Assembly (NCBI GenBank): GCA_002189035.1
Contig: NEEC01000004.1
Location: 5,022,001-5,086,000, forward strand
Source of the DNA: Utricularia gibba
Taxonomy: Eukaryota > Plantae > Magnoliophyta
DNA: 64,000 nt
Direction of reading: 5' to 3'
Part shown: positions 48,019-60,480 of the stretch, one piece after another
How positions within the stretch are numbered: position 1 is the stretch's first letter
Layout: each line of letters starts with the position of its first letter
Notes under the pieces: generated by a model
What the model saw: only the letters and a program-made list of their open reading frames with translations
The model's database searches: none
What the model was told of the DNA's origin: nothing
Position numbers and translations under genes: made by a program

Positions 48019-50312
48019 ATGGAAAGCGATCATGAGATGCGGAGTGGCGGCGACGCTCGGGCGACGGTGATGGTGACGAACGATGATGGAATCGACGCTC
48101 CGGGACTTCGAGCTCTCGTTCGTGTTCTCGTCGCCTCTAACCGGTTTAATGTCCTCGTTTGCGCCCCTGACTCGTATGTTTCTACGTCTTCATTTGTGTC
48201 TCGCTTTATGGGTGTAGTGGGATTAAAATGTTTGATTTTAATGTGAGGATGGAATTTGTTGCAAGGTTGCTGGTTTTAAACGGGGAAGCTGCAAACTATA
48301 AGAAATGAATGTGAAATTGAAAGTTTGAACCTTCGTTTTTGTTTGTTTTTTGGGTTTGTATAATTTTTCTTTACGTGTAGGCGTGTACGGTGTATGGATG
48401 AAATGTAATTTAAGAATGGTTGGTTGTATATGAATTTGAATTTCTTGTTGGTAATATCAGTGAAAAGTCAGCTGTTAGTCATTGCATTACATGGATACGT
48501 GAAGTTTCAGTCAAACCGGTGGAAATCGGTGGAGCTATCGCCTATGCAGTTTCTGGTCAGTTGCACCCTCTACGATACGCAATAATGTAATGTACAGCTT
48601 TTATCGTGGCCTATTTTATGATGTTCACTTGGCTCATCAGCACTTTGGAGCTTAAAGATGCTGAAATTATCTATGCTAATTTTAATTTTCTGAACTGAAA
48701 GGTTTACAAATGGATGATCTTATATCTGTTACATCGTTCTTCTCTGTTGGTTTATCAATTCCAGTTCTTGCATTTAGGTACTCCTGCTGATTGCGCATCA
48801 CTGGGAATTTCTAAGGCACTATTCTCTGTAGTACCTGATCTGGTACTTCTTCTTTGTCCGAATAGGGAGATCAGGGATTTGAGCCTTGGGTGTGGCTTTT
48901 TTCCGTAGGATAAATGCTAAACCAATCACCACTACCTTGATTATTCTCGGGAGAAATCCGATATTTCCATTTTTCTCTTCAGGTAGTCAGTGGTATTAAC
49001 ATGGGAAGCAACTGCGGCTATCACATGTTAGTTGTTTTCCATCCAATTGCCTTGGAAATTATGTCGTTGCTGTGTCCCCCAGCCCATTTTGGAAAGCCTT
49101 GGCCGATCCTTACATTACCTGATTTCTACGTGCTACTGCACCATGCAGACTAAAACGGTTCTTGAATGATATATGTATGGTGTATTTATTTTGAAGATGA
49201 TTCGTTGTAGCAGCAACTTCCAACTGTACCATAAAATAATTCATTCACTTAGGAGGATGAACTTATCAGTTTATGAGGGGAACAGCATCGGCTCACTTAA
49301 ATTCCCTTGACGTATTTCCTTGATCGATGCAGTGTATATTCAGGGACAGTTGCAGGAGCCCGTGAAGCGTTTTTCAATGATGTACCAGCTGTTTCTGTAT
49401 CATATAACTGGTATTTACGACACCTTCTCTTTGAAATGAATTATTTTGGGCTTTTTTTGAATAAACTTGTCGATGTTGATATACATTGGAAATTGCTATC
49501 GTTTTCCAGGGTCAGAGGTAAGAGCAGTGTTGAGGATTTTGGACTAGCTGCAGAAGCTTGCCTGCCCATAATTTCTGCTGTAGTGGTTGACATCAAGACT
49601 GGAAATTATCCACACAATGCTTTTCTGAACATAGATGTGCCTACGGATGTTGCCAATCATAAGGTGATCTTCATCATCCTGTCTCTTTTTCGTCATAGAC
49701 ACCATATCCAAGAGAAGTTCCTATGGTGATTCCGGCTGTAATCATTAACACTCTCTATCTCATGACACATCCTGTCTCATTTTTCTGTCGTTAGACATGA
49801 TGGTTTTCGCTTATTTCTGCAGGGCTATCGACTCACGAAGCAGGGAAAGAGCATCGTGAAAATGGGTTGGAGACAAGTTACATCCAATCCGCAAGGAGGA
49901 AAGATGCTATCAACCATGACCATGGAGACAAACCCCTCTTCAGACTCTCAAGAACAGACCTCTCCCGGAAACAACACAGATCTTCTATTCAGGAGAGAAG
50001 TATGTCTCTATTTTTTTAAACCCCTTCCACTTCTACTATCCACACAAGATGCATATTTTATCAGGCACCCCTTTAACTGTACCAGGTCAGGGGATCGCAT
50101 GTTCATGACAAGGACACAGACTACTCCTATCTACAGGAAGGATATGTGAGTTCCATATACCTACCTAAACTCTCCACCCACAACTTATGTCTCTATTCTT
50201 CCAGATATCGGTCACTCCTTTGGGAGCACTCTCTCCAGCAGATCCAGAAAGCGAAGCATATTTCAAAAAATGGCTTCCTAGTGTCAATGAACACTATTCC
50301 TCAGCCCTCTAG
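48019..50312 (+). CDS. SurE-family 5'/3'-nucleotidase (survival protein SurE-like)
   Basis: [23 protein letters not shown]|EKSAVSH; [10 protein letters not shown]; [12 protein letters not shown]; [11 protein letters not shown]; FLNIDVP; QEGY|ISVTPLG...SSAL*. Confidence 0.92.
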
Positions 50313-51898
50313 GTACGTTTCACTCATCCACCCCATCCCACTTCGATGCAATAAACACACGCTTTTCTGATTTTGCCTTTGCGTGCGTGCATTTCATCAG
50401 GGACTCAGCCATCTCCCTCCTAGCAGCTGGTTCAAAGGCGTCGCCATTATTTGAATATTTGTGTTAACTAATTCTAGTTACCGTTACCAACTCTAGCAAC
50501 GGTCTCTTGGACAAAGAGGGAATAATATAAAGATCAAAAGTAAGCTAAAAGCAAAAGCTATTCCATAGTGAAGTTATCTTATATTTTTTTCGCATGTAAT
50601 CTTGACCCATTTCTATGTTTCAAATCAATCCATTAATCTAAGGTGTGTCCGATATGATAATATAATTAATAATACATTTTAAAGTTATTTATATTTAGAT
50701 AAATGTATGCTATATAATTAAGATTAAAGGCTATTTAATATACAGCTTTTGAATATGGGGCTATTTAGAAGTTTGGTTACTACATTCTCACTGAGAAATC
50801 TAATCATCCCGTATAATAAAAAATGTTATTAGTGTGTAAGAGAGAGAGGAGTGATATCCAAATTTTCCAAATTTTTAAAAAATATTTTGAATATATGTAT
50901 TTAAAATACATATTTTATAAATTAAATTATTGTAATAAAACTTACCTTTAAGGTAAGTTTTAAATACATAATTTGAAATATTTTATATAATATTCATATA
51001 TTGTAAACTAATATATGAAACACATATTGTTATCAATATATGAATATTTAAACAATTTCGAATCACGATCAATACGATCATGCCAAACATCAAACATATT
51101 ATTTTCATTTTCGGAATCACCATTTCATTATTTCAAAGTTTGAAACCACACATTTGCTTTCAAATTATAATCAATTATCAACATGGATGAAACACGTATC
51201 ATCCATCTCATTATCTGGGAGTTTGGAGTCGAGCTTATCAGCAACTTTGATGTCACCGGAGTTTGAATTTTTGAACCAGATAGAAAGAAGATGGAATCTT
51301 CCCAAGATTTGAATCCGGACAAGCAAAAGAGTTTCTGGGTAAAATCGAATTTACCTGATTCTCTCTCTCATTTTCAAAGGGTTGTTGTTTTCCCCTTGAC
51401 ATTTTTTCCAAACTGTGAGTTATTTGACATCAACCTGTTGACTTTTTAACCACATCGTCTGCGGCTGTCAGAACCATGGTAGTGAGAGCTTCCCTGTCTC
51501 CTCCTCCTCCATTGCGTTGCCCAGAAATATAGAAAGAAGATGATTAATGCATCATTAATTTATTAACGGCGTTAGAAAATTGCTTGCGGGGCCCACTGCT
51601 AGGGGAGGCAAAAAGGAGGTGAATTGACGAACGGCCCCACGAGTGGACTGTTTGTCTTATTCCTATCATGGAGGGGTAAAGAGGTAATTACGCTCCGTTT
51701 CGCCGACGGTTTCCGTTACCGTTTATGGGTTCCTCCCCCGTCTCTATATAACTCCCATTTGCCTCCTCTGATCCGGTAACCGGCCTTCTTCATTCCCTAT
51801 GCGGGTTTCTTTTTGTTTGTTTATTTATTTTTTTTGTTGAAAAAGTAAAGGAACAACGACAGCTCAAAAGAATCTTGTTGTTCTCTGCCCGTGATTGC

Positions 51899-53517
51899 AT
51901 GAGCGAAAAAAGAAGAGGCTGATTTCTCCGACGGCGATGAACTGCAAAGTCCAATCCGTGCTCCATCTTCTCCGGCAACAAGGAGCCCTCTCCGTCGCTC
52001 AGGTGGGTCTCCAGCTCTCGTCTTGTTTCACTCGTGGGAACTCATGTTCTGGTCTGGGAATCTGCAGGAGAAGTTCTGCAACGAGGCTTGCGTGGAGAGG
52101 TTCCTGAAAGCGCGAGCAGGGAGTGTCAGGAGAGCCGCAAAGCAACTCAGAACTTGCCTTGCGTGGAGACACACCATCGGAGCTGGTTGGTAGCCTTCCT
52201 CTTTTTCTTTCTTTCATACCGACGTTCCTCCCTCACCCCTCTCTTTCAAACCCTCGAGTAGATAACATGATGGCCGATGAGTTCACGGCGGAGCTGGTCG
52301 ACGGCGTTGCGTATGTCGCCGGCTACGACGCTGACTCCAGACCTGTTGTGGTATTTCTTTCTATCTCCAGTCTTCACTTCCCCCATACCGTTTTTAAACT
52401 ACTTCAAACACATCTGCTTGCTCTCAGATTTTCAGAATCAAACATGACTACACCAAGCTTCATTCTCAGAAGCAGTAAGCACGTTTTTTGAAATATATTT
52501 TATTTAAAATAATACTAAATATTATTATTTTTAATTTCCTAAAAAAAAATATTTCAGGTTTACAAGACTGGTGGCGTTTACGCTTGAAGTGGCGGTTCAG
52601 GCCATGGCGAAGAACGTAGACCAATTTGTCCTCCTCTTTGATGGAAGTGCGTTTTATCGCCTTTTTTAATGTTAATTAATTACGTAATTAACGTCGATAA
52701 TTACGATCGGGAATTGCAGGTTCGTTTAGATGGGGATCGGCGCCGGTGAACGCGGTGGTCACGACGTTGAAGATGGTGGCGGATTATTATCCCTGTAGGC
52801 TTCATAAGGCCTTCGTCGTTGATCCTCCTGCTTTCTTTTCCTACCTCTGGAAGGTAATAATACTGTTTTTTTTGTTTGATATGCTCGGGGAACTTTTGAA
52901 ATTGCAATTGAGCTGCTTGTTTCTAGGGCGTGAAGAGGTTCGTTGAGCTATCGGCCTCAACGGCGATAGTTTCGTCGATCGATTACGAGGATGAGATCGC
53001 ATTCGACGATCCTGGATTCAAACGGCCGGCGACGGCGGCGTCGTTGAGACTCGATTCGGCCAGACTCCGGTCCCCTGGCTTTTCATCCAGGTTCACGTTC
53101 ACTGTGTCGCACCATGGCGATTCGCTGAAGCCGTGGTACCTGTCGTTCACGGAGACGAGTTCCGCTGCGGCAATATCGCCGCTCAATGTAAGGTCCCTCT
53201 CCTTTGAATCTCCGGCAGCGATGAGGAAGGGATTGTTGCATCCGTCGACTCCGCTGCCGCCTCGGAGTCGTACGCCTGCAGCGGTGCTCCAGCCGCGGAC
53301 GCCTAAGCTGTCGTTCTTGCGATCACCGGCGATGTTCTTCCGCAACGAGTCTCAGCAGCAGAATCGTCAATCCTTCGGCGGTTACTTGAAATTCTACCGG
53401 CGGCCGTACGACGAAATGAGCTACCGAGCAAAGATGAAGCCTCCACTTGGGGGATTGATCTCGATTGTATCTCCACAAATCAGGCGCAGGCACGTGTCGC
53501 TCTCCCAGCGATTCTGA
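51899..53517 (+). CDS. Sec14-like CRAL-TRIO lipid-binding domain protein; start at 51899 needs one extra A, otherwise the start is the in-frame Met at ~51938
   Basis: [11 protein letters not shown]|[28 protein letters not shown]; [17 protein letters not shown]; [17 protein letters not shown]; C-terminus [42 protein letters not shown]. Confidence 0.88.
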
Positions 53518-53793
53518 CCTATTTCCAGGACGGAATACACATCACATAGAGATAAGACAACCAGCTACTCAACATACCTAATGATTCATTATTGCTGCTA
53601 ATCTTTTGTTCAATCAATCATTCTACTGGACTACTTGGTGGTTGGCTGGTTGAGTTTCTTTTAGAAAGATTTACATTTCCAGAAAAGATTCAGAAAACTT
53701 GGTCTGGGCAGCAGTCTGCATGAACTCAGAGCTGTTTGCTTTTCTCCTGTTGTCACCATGGAGCATTTTGAATGCAAGATCACCCTTTTCTTC

Positions 53794-56700
53794 TCAAGCT
53801 GCAGTGTAATGTAGTGGTAAATTGTCAGTTCAAAACACGTAGATGAATTCAGCATCTAGTCATGTTCAAGTTTAGACTTCATAGTCTGTCTGATATGGAT
53901 AGATAGCTCATCAAAAAGGGGCGTGGAAACTAACCTGCCGGTAGCTTCTGCTCGGAATGCTTGACCTGAACCGCGGCCGGAACCTGGTGGAGATATGTGA
54001 AACCTGCAGGTAATACCGTGCCGGAAGATTGAGGGGTGAACTGGGATGACTTTACAGTGCCTCCTCCCTTGACATTACCAGCAGCTGCCGGATCACTAGT
54101 GGTGGTTCCAGCCACGGAGACAGCAGGGGGTACCGTGGACAGCATCCCTGATGAACTCGGTGGCATGAGCTGGTGCTCAGGGCGTCTCCTGGTCGCAAAA
54201 TACCCACCAGGAGCAGATGTGCTTGAACTTGTGCTTGAAGAATGAGGTGACTGGGATTGTGTGCACGGATTTGCAAAGTATAGCCGTCCTCGATGCATAG
54301 CTTTAAGAAGCTGTTGCTGCGCCGGACTCTGTGCCCCAGATGAAGGTATGCGGGTGTTGCCAAGAACTGATGCCGACTTCTGGCTAGGGATTGCGCCCTC
54401 GCTCTGTGGAGGTTGTCCTGATAAGGAAGACGCCTGCCCAGAAGCTGATGAGGGTACTGATAAACCAACCCTTGAACTTCCAGTGGCTCCCTTGGATGCA
54501 GGATTCACAGGCGATACAACCGTCATCGAGGAAGAAGATGGTCCGTTGCTGCTAGGAGGTGCTTGTCCGTGAGAACTCGACGACTTCTTCTGATCACCGC
54601 CAAATGAAATTTGAGTATACACCGGTGCCTGTGAAGCAAGATTCTGAAGTGTCATAGCTGCTGAAGCAGTAAGGGATGATGACGGTGCTTGAGAGGAGCT
54701 TGCTCTGGATGCTTTCCACTGCAGTGACTTGGAGCTGCTTGTGTCGCTGCTCTGAATAAGATTTGGAAATCCAGAAACCGCACTGGGGACCTTAGATTGA
54801 ACTGTATCTGGCATCTCTGACCTCGGGAAAACAACACCAGAAGTCGAAGAATCAACACCGGTAGACCTGGCATCCTCAGAGACACGGAAACTATTCTTAT
54901 GAACAGCCTGAGCCACACCAGAAGCGGCAGCCATCATAGCATTCTGTCGAGCGCTTTCCAGTGATGCATTGCTCTGAAAGATAGCATGGTTTCGAGCTGC
55001 TGACGCTGGTTCAAAGGCCTGGCAAGGAATCATTCCATTGACGCTTCCAAAGGACATAGTAGTTGGTGGCAATGGCTCCGAACATGGTTTCACCCCCTGC
55101 TGCTGAGAAACTTTCTTCTCCGACTGACTGTTACTCGCACTTGCCTGGACCACCGAAGCAGGAGACGCCATCAAGGTGAAGTTCTGTGGATAAAACTGAC
55201 TGTACACATTCATGGCAACTGGTACCCCTGTACCATCTTTGGTGGATGTGCTGTCGGCATGGCTAATACTTCCACCGTCATGACGCCTAGTCTTCGCCGG
55301 TTGAGCATACTGACTGTTTGACTGCTGCAGCAAAAGTTTCTGAGACGAGTTGGAGCTGTTGGGAGCAGAAGCATTTGGCGGAGTTTGAAGCAACTGCGCC
55401 ACCTGAGCTGCGGGAATCTGTGATGGATGGATCATCTGTGGAGAAAAGAACGACCCATTGAACAACGGCAGCATCGCCGGTGGTGGAGCTCCAGAGTAAC
55501 CTGGCGGTGCACCGGCACCTGGCACCCGAACAGTATAGCCATTGTTGGGCAAAATCGCCAAGTACTGTGTTTCATTGGGAGAATAGCTGAAGCTGAGTGC
55601 AGATGAACCATTCGAGGCAGATGTAGATGACTTCTTTGGAGCACCCGGATGATCTCCTACGGCCGCACCATGTGGTTGCTGCTGATTCAAGGGAAATATA
55701 AATGCCGGTCCCTGCCCCAAAAACACCACAAACCATCGGAACAAGGGCACAAAGATTTCCTATTGATGTCAGAAACCAGAGAAAGATGAATGCATACCAG
55801 CAGGTTACCAGGAGGCATTCCTTGCTGAATCAAAACTTGGGGTTGCTTCCGTGAGTCACAACTCGTTTGCTGGCTGGTCTTCTCCTTCCCAGTACCACCA
55901 CCGGCACTCCGCTCCTTATCCACAGAAGTATGCACGGCTCCGGGTGATGGGTTCCACTGTGTACTCGCAGCATCAGGATTGGATGATTTCGGCCCCAATG
56001 AGGAAGATGATCCTGCCCAGAAAGGACCCATCTTCATAAACTGCTGCAGAGAATGGATGTTCTTGGCGATGTGAAAATGAGTAGCGCAGCGTTTCGGCCG
56101 TGGCAGAGAGGAGGAAGGCTACATGAACCAATCAAAGGTTTCAGAAACAATGCATGGTGGCAAGGCAGCCATGAAAGACACAGAACAGTGGACAGCAGTA
56201 CCTGGACGTTGTGTCTAGGTGCGTTTCCCTCCATTGACTCCACTCCCTGCGAAGATGCACTGTACCAGAGGAGAGAACATTGTTCAGAGCTCTTTCTCAC
56301 TAAACGACAGGAGGTTAAGCTTCAACCAAATGGACAGAATGCAACAAAGTACCCCGATGGAGGCCAACCAGCCAAAGACAATGCGGCAGCTGAGGGAGCG
56401 AGACCTTAACAGAACCAAGAGAGCTTCAAATTTCTCGTTCCCCAACCAACAGAAAAAAGGAAAACCATGTTGGAGGAGGAGAAGACATACTTTGTTTGTC
56501 AACAACTGGCTCTTCTTTGGAAGCTTTAGGGTGAATCTGCTGCTGGGTTGCGTTCAAATCGAAGCCTCGTCCAAATGTGGCATCTGGGCCGTCGCCTTCC
56601 GGCTGCGGCGGGGGAGCCTGCAGAGGGGAGAAAAGAAATCCAGATATAAAACGAGAGGGGTGAAGAACGCAACAAGGGTTCTTTTCCACATACCATTAGA

Positions 56701-58483
56701 TCTATCTCCAACGTTGGACCCTTCGGAGCTTCAGTCTCGGACGCCACATTCCTGCGAACCCAAACACCAGAAATGTCGAGTCTTGACCCTAAAGGCAAAA
56801 GCTTTGGCGAGAAGGAAAAGAAACTCACGGCTTCGCCACTGCAGAAACTGATGATCCGGCTGTAGTAGACGGTAAATCCTTGAAAATGTTCTCGTCCTGT
56901 CTTGCAGTGAATGATTCCTTCTCGCCATTCGCAGAAAAAATCTCTTTTTTCTTTCAAATCTGGCACCAACCTGGTAGAGCCCGGCGGATTCGCCGCCGCG
57001 GCGGTCTCCACCCGCTGTTCATGTGCGCCCACCAAAGTGGCTCCGGATTCATACCCATTTTGAAAAGGGGGTTTTTCCAGTGACGATGAACCCTCGGCCT
57101 TCAATGGCTGATTTCCCTCGAGTTCCGATGACACAGCGACGCGGCCTGAGTTATCAGGCACCTTCCTGGGTCGCTTCCGTTTGGGAGCTGCAGAACGGAA
57201 AACCCAGACTCAAGGACCGATCGATTAACTGAAAAATATATCACTTTACTCACCGGCGACAGAAAGTGGACCAAAACTGGATGGGTTGGAAATCGGCAAT
57301 GATTTCCTGGATTTCGTGTTGGACCCGTAAGCTTCCCTGGAATCCTCTTTCTTGATCGATGAACGCCCCTGCGACTGAGTCATCATACCGTACAGTACTT
57401 CGGCGATTTCAATCTCGAGCTCCTCCGAATTCGACGGACTCTGCTTCTGGGAAGCTTTCGGTGGCTTCATTTTCGGCCTTTCGACGCTTACAACACTTGT
57501 TTTCTGCAGATGAAAGAATCCTGAGTGAGAAGACAGACAGAGCATCAAGCAAGATGGGGTTTCGGAGACCGACAAGCATCTTTCCTCCAGAAGCATTGGA
57601 GGAAGATGGAGACACCGGCGCCGCTGACACAGGAGTGGACGACGGAGGAAAAGCCTGTATCGTCGGGGAGCTTGACTCATGAGTGGGAGTTTGCTCGCAG
57701 CCAGAAACTACGCCACTGCTGTTGTTATTGCTACTGCTAGAGATCCAGTCATGCGACCTCTTTGCAGATGCTGCTAAAAGTTTATACCAAATTACCGCAG
57801 ATAAAGAAACCAATTGAAAAAAAGGGGAGAAGCGTTTGGATTCGTTTCTTTACCGGAACGAGCTTTTCTGGGAACGGGAACTCCGATCATTTCATCGGCG
57901 GTTTTCCATGAAGGCGGCGACCGAAAATTCTTGGATGCAGAAGAACCCGGAATATCGGCTTTTCTAGCGCCGCTATTACTATTCTGTACTTGCTGACCAG
58001 AATTACTTCGATGACTGTGAAGATGGTTAGTCAGAGCGCCGCCATGGTGATGGTTAGCCAAAGGTGGCACCGCAACTCTGACCACAGCGTTTTCCTCATC
58101 TTCTTCCTCCTCGACGCTCTCATCGGAAGTTCCATTTCCGGTAAGGCCTTTCTCGGCCTTCTCCTCTTACTACTCCAGTGAGGTCTTTCTCTTGAATCTC
58201 TCTCCTTTCCCTCAATCTCTCCCCGTCTCCGTCTATCTTCACTTTATCCCTCGATCTCCCAGACCCCTTTGATTCAAGTTCCTCATCTCCATCTGAAAAA
58301 AAAAAATACAAAAACAAAAAAACTCAAATCTTTTGAGATGTAAACCAGAAACAGACCCAAATCTGTAAAACCCATAAATCAAGAACTACCAGGAGAATCT
58401 CTACGACTACTCTCCATTCTGTATCTTCTTCGATTAGAGCCACTAGAGGCGGCGGCGATAGCGCTTCTTCTTCTTCTATCCAT
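53794..58483 (-). CDS. TIC: TIME FOR COFFEE-like nuclear clock regulator; frame breaks in exon 2
   Basis: MDRRRR...RDSP; WKTADEMIGVPVPRKARS; EELEIEIAEVLYGMM; APKRKRPR; LEIDLM; RPKRCATHFHIAKNI; YLAILPNNGY; C-terminal VKHSEQKLPA with a tiny last exon. Confidence 0.9.
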
Positions 58484-59499
58484 GAGTTCCTTATCTGAAT
58501 CCCGGGACACACACTACCCAGAAGCCCAATCGGTGGAAACACAAACAGGGAAATGGGATTCCGCAGATTCAGAACAAACCCACAAACAAAAAACAAAAAC
58601 TCCTTGTCAAGATGGGATCTTTCCCGGAAATGAGCTCTCCCCCACTCCTTGTTTTTATGCGTTTCACACTAACCTATCCACCTCCTATAAATGAACCCTA
58701 TATTTCCCCGGCTGCTATCCCCATCTCATCATCTCCCTCGGGACTACTCCACATCTACAAAAGAAACCCCTCGTGGAAATTTCAGATAAATCAATCCTGG
58801 CCCTTCGTTTATCAGCCAGCGTGTCCACCTCCTCCACCCTTGATTTGCATCCTCTTCACCCGACCAAAATCACCTTCCACCGGAACGTGTCGGTTACTCC
58901 CATTCCCCAGTCCCCACTACCCTACCTTTTAAAATAACTTCCTTTTTTATTTTCTAAAATATCATATATTACTACATAATATTCTAACAATAATGTTGAA
59001 TTATAGTCACAATTCAATATTAAAACTTCTAGTATTTTTATTTTCTATTTACTCATTTTTTCCAAAGAGTAATTACCCGGAAAAATTAGACGCATATAAA
59101 TAGGTGTATTAAAATTTGGGTCAAAAAATTAATGTAAAACTGGAAGTGTCAAGTTATCTTTATTTTAATATTTAAAACACCAATAATATCATAAATTATC
59201 CAATACATTTGACCAGTACACAATAATAGGGTTGTCAATAGGGATGGAAAAATTAAGAGGAGGTAATAATGATTTGAGCAATAATGAATATTAAATAATA
59301 ATGAGAAAAGAATATCAGTTTAAATAATAATATAACAATTAATAGGGGGAGTTGGGTGGGCGACCAGCGCAGCCGGTTGCAGGTAAAAAAAGGAAGAAGT
59401 GATCACATGGAGGATATTAGCTGAAGGGAAAAAAAAATATCGCCCCCTCTTTTCCGGTTTCACTTTATTTAATTTTTTTCAAAAAGAAAAAACAAAATT

Positions 59500-60125
59500 C
59501 AAAGTGGGCCCGGAAAGATAACGGGCCTCCTTCAATAAATGAGGGGACTCTGAGCCTCGACCGTGTTTACTTTCTTTTAATGTGTTTTCATGGGGCCACA
59601 TCTAACGGTGGGGATCGGGTGGGATGAGTCACAGGTAGGAAACCGTGAGCCATGGGATGGATGGGCCCGCTGACGTGGCGGCGCTGCCTTGCTAATGAAG
59701 TCCTAGCTGGCAGTCAGATGAGGGAAGCAGGTTAGGTTCCGGTGGGCCCAGGAGTGCAAAAATGATTCCTTCAAAACTACTACACTATTACTACTAAAAA
59801 TATAAAAATGAAAAAGAAAAAAAATATAAATCGAATTTTGTATTTTTAAAATATTTTATTAAAATATTTAAATAAATTTAAATGCAATTTTTGATTTACT
59901 CACGTATTTAAATTGGTTATAACTTCAAATTGAATTTTACAACACTCTTAATTTTTTAGGTAATGGGGAATGGTGGCCGTACAGAACGATGGGCCCCACA
60001 TGTGGCATGCGTTGACCGCTGCCAAGGGGGCGTGGTTCTAATGGATTAACGGAGAAGCAAGGAAAGGAAACCACCGGCGGTGGCGGCTGCGGCACGGTTG
60101 CATCATCCGATGCCACGTGGCGCCG
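59500..60125. promoter_or_regulatory. TCP-site and G-box cluster upstream of TIC
   Basis: GTGGGCCC/GGGGCCAC/GGGCCCCAC at ~59505, 59592, 59662, 59742 and 59991; TGACGTGGC at ~59672; perfect GCCACGTGGC at 60112-60121. Confidence 0.5.
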
Positions 60126-60480
60126 TCCGGGTGGCCCGTCGTGCGGCATATGTTTGCCACGCCTGCTTCCTTCGTCCCAAAGGAAAGCAGAGCAGCAATA
60201 TGCAGAGAGACCTCCCTCCCTCCCTCCGTCATGGTGATCATCAGGAGGAGATACCATTGCAGATAAAGTAAGCACGGTACTATAAACTTGCTACTATTTC
60301 AAATGTATAGCCGCCATGGGGGGGTTCGCATTCCAAGCATGTTATGATGGATGGATGCTCTACTCCACTCGAAAAACACAAAACATGGGCTGTTTTCTTC
60401 TGAGTAGGCAGCAGCATGCGGATGCCCCATCTTGATCCTGGCCTCGAGGTGACTCCATTGATGCTTTTGCGGGATGTCCT

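Noticed and set aside
52676-52691. 16-bp perfect palindrome TTAATTACGTAATTAA in a Sec14 intron
   Set aside because: Short, AT-rich and isolated; plausibly chance.
53987-56851. Plus-strand ORFs of 100-210 aa over TIC
   Set aside because: Antisense shadows of a low-complexity Ser/Pro/Gln-rich exon.
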